A DNA stretch of 64,000 nucleotides from a virus. Its lineage: Duplodnaviria; Caudoviricetes. The notes below the pieces were generated by a model. It made no database searches and was not told where the DNA came from. It saw only the letters and a program-made list of their open reading frames with translations. How positions within the stretch are numbered: the first letter of the stretch is position 1; every line of letters begins with the position of its first letter. The stretch spans positions 924 to 64,923 of the IMG/VR virus record IMGVR_UViG_3300025012_000085. One strand, written 5' to 3'. Of the stretch, positions 56,728-64,000 are shown piece by piece. Made by a program: the position numbers and the translations under genes.

Positions 56728-57647
56728 GGGGGATTGATTTGAACCTCTCTGAGATAAGGGATTTAGCGTACAAGCTTGCTAATACCTATAGTGCAGATGG
56801 GCAACTTATTCCGTTATCGGATAACGCAGATGCCCGTCTAGCCATGACTGATTTTATCAATACTGGCTATTACAAAAGCCTACAATTTACGCCTGTCGAG
56901 GCTGTCTATAGTATCACTCAAAAAAGCATACCAAACCTACTTAATATGTATTCTTCTTTTAATCTCGTTCAGCACTTGGATACGGATTACACAGTTACCG
57001 CGACAAGTGCAAAAAGTTATTATTTTGAAGTTGATAAAGATTGCGTAGTTTATATCGAGGAAATCATTTCCGGGGTATGGACAACACTGTCTACCATTAC
57101 AGTTACCGGAATAACATCCTTTACCGAATACAAGGGACTCATTACTGCATCGAATGTAGCCAATGATATCCGCATACGCTTTTCAGGAAATTATCCCTAC
57201 AATATTCGTCGAACTGCTTTGTATTATTACTCCTTTGCAAGTGCCAATGACGTGCCTAAATTCAAGCCGTATGTAAACTACCCTTTGCCGGGAGATTATA
57301 TTTCGCTTAATAAGATTGTGGTTAACGGAGATGACAGAGAACACAGTACGCTCATCGACTACGGTATTGAAAAAAAGAATTTAGTCTTGAACTACTTTTA
57401 TAGCGGGTCATTTGACGTGCATTATTTTAAGAGGCCAGACCCATTGGTATTAGATACGGATATTCCCGAAACACCCATAGAGGGTCATTCTTACTTGGCA
57501 TATTTTTCAAGTGGAAGTTGGTTATTCAGTACAGGGCAACAAGCCCAAGGATTGACGCTTATTAATCAATACGACTCGTTTATGACCGAATCAACTCCGA
57601 CAATAGATGAGCAGAACGGGACGATTGAAAACTTTAATAATTGGTAA
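56700..57647 (+). CDS. head-tail adaptor-like protein
   Basis: LSEIRD N-terminus; Y.LP.D; Y...P..L..DTD.PE.P...H..L.Y. Confidence 0.65.
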   Translation: MCCIDFGYLGGIDLNLSEIRDLAYKLANTYSADGQLIPLSDNADARLAMTDFINTGYYKSLQFTPVEAVYSITQKSIPNLLNMYSSFNLVQHLDTDYTVTATSAKSYYFEVDKDCVVYIEEIISGVWTTLSTITVTGITSFTEYKGLITASNVANDIRIRFSGNYPYNIRRTALYYYSFASANDVPKFKPYVNYPLPGDYISLNKIVVNGDDREHSTLIDYGIEKKNLVLNYFYSGSFDVHYFKRPDPLVLDTDIPETPIEGHSYLAYFSSGSWLFSTGQQAQGLTLINQYDSFMTESTPTIDEQNGTIENFNNW

Positions 57648-57674
57648 TTAGGCATGAAAAGTGGTATAATATAA

Positions 57675-57770
57675 GTAGCGAATAGTAGGGAGTAGCTACC
57701 TTGCTATGGGGGATTTCCTAGTCCCCCGCGCTACGGAAATAGCTAGGAAAATAAGAAGCCTGTAGGAGGG
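57675..57770 (+). ncRNA. structured leader RNA, copy B
   Basis: After TGgTATAAT 57662-57670; P1 gtagcg/cgctac, palindrome gtagctac, P3 loop tttcctag complementary to ctaggaaa 57743-57750. Confidence 0.6.
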
Positions 57771-57779
57771 TGTTTTGTT

Positions 57780-58853
57780 TTGTCCGAAATGAAGATTTGT
57801 AGTAAGTGTGGGGAAGAGTTTCTGTTAACTATTGAATATTTTTACCGCAAAAAGACTTCTAAAGATGGCTATGAGGGACAGTGTAAAAAGTGTATAGCAA
57901 AGCGTAATGCAAGTTACGTCAAGAAGCCCAAGAGGGTATTTATTAATGATACTAAGGAAAATTATCCTTCTGGTACAAAGGAATGTTCTATATGCAAACG
58001 TGAATTACCTGCTGATGAAAATCATTTCTACCTAGATAGTAATTATCCTGGGAAATTCGTTTCGGCATGCAAGGAATGTCGAGGATATAATTTTAATAAA
58101 CCGAAAGCAATCACAAGAGAAGGTCATAAGATTTGCTCAAAGTGCGAGATTGAAAAACCACTAACTAGTGATTATTTTAGCGAAAGACCCAAGGGTTCAA
58201 TTGATGGATTTAGGGGAGAATGTAGAACGTGTGAGACGTCACGCATTCGGGAATGGACAAGCAGAAACAGAGTTGTGCGTAGGGAAAAACAAAGGGAGTG
58301 GAAATATTCAGACCCAAAAAGAAAAGAAAAATGGGATTCATATTACAGCAAGAATAGGGATGCAATAATAGCTAGGGCTAAGAAATGGGATACGGAACAC
58401 AAGGAAAGGTCTTTACTTAGGTCTCATGAATGGTATGAAAATAACAAAGAAAGGTCAAAGGCTAATACGGTGGCTTGGCGCAAGGCTAATCCTGAGAAAA
58501 AGGCGTTGTCGCATCAAAAACGTAGATCGTTAAAAAAGAAACTTAAATCCACGCTGACCATTGAACAGTGGGAAATAACCCTAAATCATTTTAATGGAAA
58601 ATGTGCCTACTGTGGGGAAGGCCCGAAAGACGGAGATGTTCTTCAGAGGGATCATTTTCAGCCATTGGCAAAACATGGTGAATATTCTGCTATTAATGTA
58701 TTGCCAGCCTGTAAGTTCTGTAATAGCAGTAAGGGGAAGAAAATATTCTCTATGTGGTATCCGCTTTTTAAGCACTACTCACCAAAGCGTGAAAGAGATA
58801 TTCTTAAATATCTAAATTACCGCAATGGGGTACAACAACTAGCACTCATATAG
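57780..58853 (+). CDS. HNH endonuclease with CxxC repeats and QLALI tail
   Basis: Three Zn-finger repeats; CAYCG...DHFQPL...CKFCN. Confidence 0.88.
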   Translation: MSEMKICSKCGEEFLLTIEYFYRKKTSKDGYEGQCKKCIAKRNASYVKKPKRVFINDTKENYPSGTKECSICKRELPADENHFYLDSNYPGKFVSACKECRGYNFNKPKAITREGHKICSKCEIEKPLTSDYFSERPKGSIDGFRGECRTCETSRIREWTSRNRVVRREKQREWKYSDPKRKEKWDSYYSKNRDAIIARAKKWDTEHKERSLLRSHEWYENNKERSKANTVAWRKANPEKKALSHQKRRSLKKKLKSTLTIEQWEITLNHFNGKCAYCGEGPKDGDVLQRDHFQPLAKHGEYSAINVLPACKFCNSSKGKKIFSMWYPLFKHYSPKRERDILKYLNYRNGVQQLALI

Positions 58854-58854
58854 A

Positions 58855-60702
58855 GTGCTTTTCTTATGCCGAATTGGAGGTGACGAATTGCAGATAAAAA
58901 TTCCCAAGTTCGCAAGCACTCAGAGAGAGTTAACTTATAATGACTTCTCGTCTGGATTGAACTACATGTTGAATCCTAGCATGATATCTTCATCGCAAAC
59001 GCCTGAGTGTCAAAATGTTCGCGTCCGTGATAAATCGATTGGAAAAAGACCGGGGTTTAAACGTCTGTATCCAACAAGTTTGGGCGAAGGTGCAACCAAC
59101 GGCATATCCCCCTACATCAAAGCATCAGGTACAAAATTTCGCCTAATCGCATGGAGTACAAAGCTATTCACCCAAGAAGACAATGATCAACCCGTCGAAA
59201 TAAAGTCAGGCCTAGCAAACGCTAAGGCTTATTTTTTTGTCCTCTCCGACACCCTGTATATACACAACGGAACCAACTACCTGTCTTTTAACGGTACTAC
59301 CTGCGCTGATGTCGCCGGTTACGTCCCCCTAGTCCTCATTGGTCGTTCACCAACCGGTTCCCCTAACTATGGAACCTCCCGGGAAGCTTTTAACATCATC
59401 TCCCCTGGCTTCCGTACCTCATTCACCGCAACAGGCACAGCAACGGCCTACACCCTCCCATACACATCCCTCGACGCAACAGCCATAACAGCCATAGTCA
59501 ACGGCGTATCCATGGTCGAAACAACCAACTTCACAGTCAACCGCACAACAGGCGTAGTCACCTTTAATATCGCTCCTGCCATCGGAACAGACAACGTCAT
59601 AATCACAGCGTTCAAGGCATCGCTCACCACCCCTGCGCTGATTCTTAACTGTAAATACGCCGAGGTCTACGGTGGCAAATCAGAAGCGACAGTCTTCTTC
59701 TCCGGAAACCCCAACTACCCAGACTTAATCTGGCACTCTCGCCTCTACGGAGAAAACTACAACGCCGACTATTTCCCTGATGATGCAGTACAAAAAGTAC
59801 CGGGCAATGTCGCAGGACTAGCACATATCTTCGACCTTCTCTATGTCTCGCACAGCAAAGGTCACGGATATCTCTCCTACGCAGATGGAACGTCCTACCC
59901 CATATTCCCCTATGCTGACATCAATCTCGAAAAGGGTAGCGACATACCTGGCTCTATTCAAGAAGTCGATAACACAGTCATATGCGCTTCTACGAGCAAC
60001 GGAGTAATGCAAGTCCTGTCCAACACCACTGTCAATAATCGCTTATCTATAAACGACATTAGCGACCTGGTAAATAAGTCTGGTTCGGGCAGAACAGACT
60101 TAGGCATCCTCCAAGAAGGTAATTTAACGAATGCAGTATCCTATAATCATGATGGATACTACGGACTTTGCATTAACGACGTCTGCTACGTTTGGGATTA
60201 CAAGCTCAACGCATGGCTATTCGACACAAACATTCCTGCATCATGCTTTGCTGTAATCGACAACACACTCTGCTTCGGTAGCAACACAGATGGCATCGTT
60301 TATCAATTCGACCCATTAATTGCGAACGATGATGGTGTGGCTATCGATTCATGGTATGACTTGCGCGAGGAATCCGCAGGAACGCCGAACATGGTCAAGG
60401 TGATTAGTAAGATAGGCTTACTCGCTAAGCCAATGAGTAGGGGTTCAACGCTCGTCTCATTCCGTTCCCGCAAAAGCAATAGCGATGTCGTATTATCCAT
60501 GCAAACGAGCGCATTTAGCTTTGTTGGATTCTGCTTTGTCAATTTCACATTCAATACATCATTTTTCCCTGTGCTAAAGAGAAAAAGGATGTCCAAGCGA
60601 GCGAACTATTTTCAGTTTAGATTTTCCAATAACGTACTAGATGAGGGGATGAGCGTTATCTCTCTCAACGTGGAATACGACAAGGGATCGGAGGTAAGAT
60701 AA
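58855..60702 (+). CDS. tail nozzle / tubular protein B (P22 gp10-like)
   Basis: DFS.GLN...N......I.KRPG, beta-propeller-like; true start probably TTG near 58888. Confidence 0.75.
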   Translation: MLFLCRIGGDELQIKIPKFASTQRELTYNDFSSGLNYMLNPSMISSSQTPECQNVRVRDKSIGKRPGFKRLYPTSLGEGATNGISPYIKASGTKFRLIAWSTKLFTQEDNDQPVEIKSGLANAKAYFFVLSDTLYIHNGTNYLSFNGTTCADVAGYVPLVLIGRSPTGSPNYGTSREAFNIISPGFRTSFTATGTATAYTLPYTSLDATAITAIVNGVSMVETTNFTVNRTTGVVTFNIAPAIGTDNVIITAFKASLTTPALILNCKYAEVYGGKSEATVFFSGNPNYPDLIWHSRLYGENYNADYFPDDAVQKVPGNVAGLAHIFDLLYVSHSKGHGYLSYADGTSYPIFPYADINLEKGSDIPGSIQEVDNTVICASTSNGVMQVLSNTTVNNRLSINDISDLVNKSGSGRTDLGILQEGNLTNAVSYNHDGYYGLCINDVCYVWDYKLNAWLFDTNIPASCFAVIDNTLCFGSNTDGIVYQFDPLIANDDGVAIDSWYDLREESAGTPNMVKVISKIGLLAKPMSRGSTLVSFRSRKSNSDVVLSMQTSAFSFVGFCFVNFTFNTSFFPVLKRKRMSKRANYFQFRFSNNVLDEGMSVISLNVEYDKGSEVR

Positions 60703-63057
60703 ATGGCATTCCCAACAAAAGATACTTTTACATTTGATTTTGAAGCGCAGACTGATTATCCGAACTGGACTCCTGCGCAGACGAAGGAGTACATGAATGC
60801 TAGGGGAGAAGAGTTAAGGGCAGCACTAAATGCGGTTGTTGATCTTCTCAATGCCACAACGAGCGATGCTAGTGGTGCTGACAATACCGGCATACCTGAA
60901 ATTATAGCAGGTAGCGGAACAAACATAAGAGATAGGGCAGACTGGCTGTATGCTCAAATTGTTGCCGCAGTATTAGGGGCGATACCGGATGGTTCGCTAG
61001 CCACGATTAAGTATGCCGATGGGTCAGTAACGGCGGCTAAGGTTGCGGCAGATGTTGCGACTCAGGCTGAGTTGGATGATTTGGCAGGGGTAGGGAGAAC
61101 GACTGAAACAGTCAAGGGAAATGCTGATTCCCTTGCTATACATCAGGCAGAAGATGCGACACAAGCACATTTAGCAAAAAACATTGGACTAGAGGATACC
61201 GCAGGAAATTTTGAATCAGAACAAGTCGAAGGTGCATTGGCTGAACTCGCGGCAAGACCACAGAAAGACGTAGATAATGGAAGGTATCAAGCGGAGTTTG
61301 GCTGGGGTGGGGCTGTTTATAGCGATACTTTACTAAGTGGTGGAGTTGTTAGTATATCAGATAGTATCGCTAGTAATGTAGTTGTAGATAATCAGTATTT
61401 AGGGGTTTACAGCAGCTTAAATAAAGCGGCCAAAATTACAGCAATAAAAACTAGTTCAACTTCTGTGAAAGTTAGAGTTAAGATTAGTAGAGAAGGTACG
61501 TTAGCAACTAATCTTACTTTAAATGTTTATGCTTCATCTGGGGGCTTACCAGGGACAATATTGGGAACTGCCTCTATAGCCTATGCGACCGTTTCAACGC
61601 CAGCAGCAGTAAAGGAAGTAGCTGTAACATTAAGTCAACCATTATTGGCTGGCACAAGTTATTTTGTCGGATTATTATGTTCTGGTGGTGATGGGGGGCC
61701 TGACCTCTATACTTGGAGAGCTTTGTCACCTGCTACACCAAATGCTTATCAGTACAGCGGGGGTACTTGGACTGCAAATACAACGATGAGTCTATATTGC
61801 GAGGTAGTTGACGCAATAGCACCACTTACTGGCACAGTTACCAAAACCACAACCCCAGCAGACCTAAAGAAGTACGGTAATAGCAAGTGGACGCAGACCA
61901 CGCCAGCAGCAGGGTCTAGTGTAGTGTGTGACATTTTAGATGGTGCATATAGTAGCACGCCCGCCATGACAAGCAATACACTTCCAAGCGGAGTAGTGTC
62001 ATCAAGTAGCGATTACAGTGGGAGCTATTTACCATATTTAGCAGTTAACCGTGTACTTTCGGATTATTGGCGTTCTAACGCAAAAGTATGTTGGTGGAAA
62101 TATCAACCTGCAACGGCAAAGGTTTACGATTACTGCGCCATTGTCGCAAATACAGGAGCAAACAATGCTCCAAAAGCATTTACAATTGATGGTTCAAATG
62201 ATAATTCTAATTGGACCACACTTCGCACGGTTTCAGATGCCGCTGCTACGCTTACTACAGGCACAAGAGCATATAACTTAAACAATAATACGGCGTATGC
62301 TTATTATCGCGTTAATGTAACGGATAATTATAGCGGCAATGCTTATACGGAAATTATCGAAATAATACTTCTGGAAAAAATTAAGCCAGCCGTAACCTCC
62401 ATCGCTGACCTATCTGACATTGACCCAATAGTATATCCAAGTATCCAACAACGTTGGACACTAATCAGACTAGCTGTAAGCGATGCAAGCCCAACGGTGA
62501 GTAATCCAAGTATTACGTGGGAAGGACAAAATTCACAAGCAGGAACATGGGTTAATATTCTGAAGGAAAATGGTTTAGGTAATAGCTTAACTCTAACTAG
62601 TGCTGTAACTAGAATTGACTTTGCCGACCTAGATTTAGACGATTATAAATACTTAAAGATAATTGGCTCAGCAGGATGTTCCACGGCAAATAACATATTC
62701 TTACACTTAGTATTCAATGACGACGTTGCTAATAGTTACGAATGGCAACAAATAAGAGCAGATGCCACAACGGTTTCGTCACAAAGAAATTCAAATATTG
62801 ACTATATACAATTAATGCAAGCACCGGAAAGCTCGAACGCTTTTTTTGGGACATGTGAGGCGATTATTGCTAATATAGCTACGAAGTATAAAGATGTTAG
62901 TATTACGGAAAATGGTTTCGGTAGTTCTCTACCGATTACGCTCTCGGTTCATGGTTGGTGGAAAAATAGTACAGCCCTGGTTACTAAAATATCGGTTATT
63001 GCTGCCACGCAAGGTATAGCAATTGGTTCAACATTTATACTTTTGGGGGTGAAATAG
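60703..63057 (+). CDS. tail fibre / receptor-binding protein with discoidin (F5/8 type C)-like module
   Basis: VEGALAELA fibre motif; P.MTSNT.PSG..S.SS...W...PK.FTIDGSND..NWT...YYR. Confidence 0.75.
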   Translation: MAFPTKDTFTFDFEAQTDYPNWTPAQTKEYMNARGEELRAALNAVVDLLNATTSDASGADNTGIPEIIAGSGTNIRDRADWLYAQIVAAVLGAIPDGSLATIKYADGSVTAAKVAADVATQAELDDLAGVGRTTETVKGNADSLAIHQAEDATQAHLAKNIGLEDTAGNFESEQVEGALAELAARPQKDVDNGRYQAEFGWGGAVYSDTLLSGGVVSISDSIASNVVVDNQYLGVYSSLNKAAKITAIKTSSTSVKVRVKISREGTLATNLTLNVYASSGGLPGTILGTASIAYATVSTPAAVKEVAVTLSQPLLAGTSYFVGLLCSGGDGGPDLYTWRALSPATPNAYQYSGGTWTANTTMSLYCEVVDAIAPLTGTVTKTTTPADLKKYGNSKWTQTTPAAGSSVVCDILDGAYSSTPAMTSNTLPSGVVSSSSDYSGSYLPYLAVNRVLSDYWRSNAKVCWWKYQPATAKVYDYCAIVANTGANNAPKAFTIDGSNDNSNWTTLRTVSDAAATLTTGTRAYNLNNNTAYAYYRVNVTDNYSGNAYTEIIEIILLEKIKPAVTSIADLSDIDPIVYPSIQQRWTLIRLAVSDASPTVSNPSITWEGQNSQAGTWVNILKENGLGNSLTLTSAVTRIDFADLDLDDYKYLKIIGSAGCSTANNIFLHLVFNDDVANSYEWQQIRADATTVSSQRNSNIDYIQLMQAPESSNAFFGTCEAIIANIATKYKDVSITENGFGSSLPITLSVHGWWKNSTALVTKISVIAATQGIAIGSTFILLGVK

Positions 63058-63261
63058 TTGCCTGATAAACTAGTCATTACTAAAGGCGGGGTTACGGAAG
63101 TTGATTTTACTCCTGGAGAATTAGCCAAGCGTGAATCAGATCTATTAGCAAATGAAGAACAAGCACAATTAGACTTACTACTCCCTTCTCAGGAGGAAAT
63201 TGACCAAGCAGAGTTTGAGCTTAAAGCACTAAATTTATTGATGGAGGTAGGTTTAATATGA
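63058..63261 (+). CDS. fibre-associated small protein
   Basis: Coupled to the fibre gene. Confidence 0.55.
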   Translation: MPDKLVITKGGVTEVDFTPGELAKRESDLLANEEQAQLDLLLPSQEEIDQAEFELKALNLLMEVGLI

Positions 63262-63440
63262 CAATTGTACAAGAGAAATTAATTAACGCTTATACCGTTT
63301 TGGTTTTAGCAGGGAGGAAACAAATTACTGATGTTCCAGAAACAGTTGTACTACTTGATGATGGAGTTACTGAAAGTACCATGAGGGCAGAGGTTGAAAT
63401 TAAGGTTGCAGAAAGAACTATCGAAGTGCTTACTGCATAG
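63258..63440 (+). CDS. CD1375/XkdX-like small protein
   Basis: AY..LV.AGRK.I.DVP....R.EV. Confidence 0.6.
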   Translation: MTIVQEKLINAYTVLVLAGRKQITDVPETVVLLDDGVTESTMRAEVEIKVAERTIEVLTA

Positions 63441-63541
63441 TAGACTATTTATGCGACGCACTAATCAAAATAATAACAGGCAAAAGTAAGGGCTGAAAAG
63501 CTCTATTATTTTTGCCTGTTTCCCCATAAAGGAGGTTAAAT

Positions 63542-64000
63542 ATGGCTACTACCGCATCTCAAACGGCAGATGAAATAAGGAAAGCTAGTATTGCGGCTGC
63601 TCAGGCAAGTGGCACAAAGAATCTCTACGACACGCCAACGACTACCACCGACAGATTAGCAGGAAGTGGATTGGCTGAAAGCGGGCCACCTGCCAGAATA
63701 CCTGGTGTTCCTAATCCGAACAGCACCCCGACAACAACTCCTCCAGCTACCACGCCTGAGACTACTACTCCAACCACCGCCCCCACGACTACTACTCCGC
63801 CTGCAACAACTCCTGCCACAACAACTCCTGAGGTTATCACTCCGCCACCTGTTGACTATGCAGCTCAAATACAAGCAGCTATAGCAGCAATGCAAGCGAC
63901 ATCCAATCAACAGGCAGAGGCAACGGCAGCGAGAGAGGCGGCATCAGAAGCAGCGAGACAGGCAGAAGCAGAGGCAATAAGAATACGCCAAGCTCAGGCG
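63542..64000 (+). CDS. 3'-truncated Thr/Pro/Ala-rich virion protein
   Basis: RBS aaggaggt; MATTASQTADEIRK...TPTTTPPATTP... open to the window end. Confidence 0.65.
   Translation, partial: MATTASQTADEIRKASIAAAQASGTKNLYDTPTTTTDRLAGSGLAESGPPARIPGVPNPNSTPTTTPPATTPETTTPTTAPTTTTPPATTPATTTPEVITPPPVDYAAQIQAAIAAMQATSNQQAEATAAREAASEAARQAEAEAIRIRQAQA

Noticed and set aside
60703-63057. Diversity-generating retroelement target
   Set aside because: No reverse transcriptase or template repeat seen
63625-63910. Three short ORFs listed near the window end
   Set aside because: Frame and strand shadows of the Thr/Pro-rich ORF starting at 63542

Overview
The window is most of a roughly 64+ kb temperate, podovirus-like phage genome. 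The host is inferred to be a spore-forming Firmicute (Clostridia-like), from its Spo0A/AbrB/sigma-factor homologues and sigmaA-type promoters. It starts and ends inside virion genes that would be neighbours, consistent with a circularly permuted contig. Order of modules: internal virion proteins (1-6 kb), morons and lysis (6-10 kb), a CopG/Rep cassette with small genes (10-14.5 kb), a leftward FtsK/relaxase/M23/Par/Rep module (14.5-20 kb), cI/cro switch, early recombination/replication/nucleotide genes (21-43 kb), a terS-to-terL region interrupted by about 4.3 kb of cargo, then portal, capsid, tail and fibre (49-64 kb). No integrase is visible; an antisense-controlled Rep and a Par/RacA-like gene suggest a phage-plasmid. 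Top candidates for novelty: (1) a stand-alone circularly permuted tRNA-like RNA with its own promoter and terminator at about 10.2 kb; (2) a SpoIIIE/relaxase/SpoIIIAC-like/M23 operon with sporulation-type promoters, possibly moving phage DNA into the forespore; (3) a three-copy structured leader RNA with a palindromic loop and a pseudoknot, two copies heading Zn-finger HNH nucleases with clamp-binding tails; (4) a DpdA/TGT-like enzyme next to a preQ0/preQ1-type transporter; (5) one N-terminal domain shared by the dCMP deaminase and the dUTPase. All family calls come from motif recognition by eye; no searches were run.
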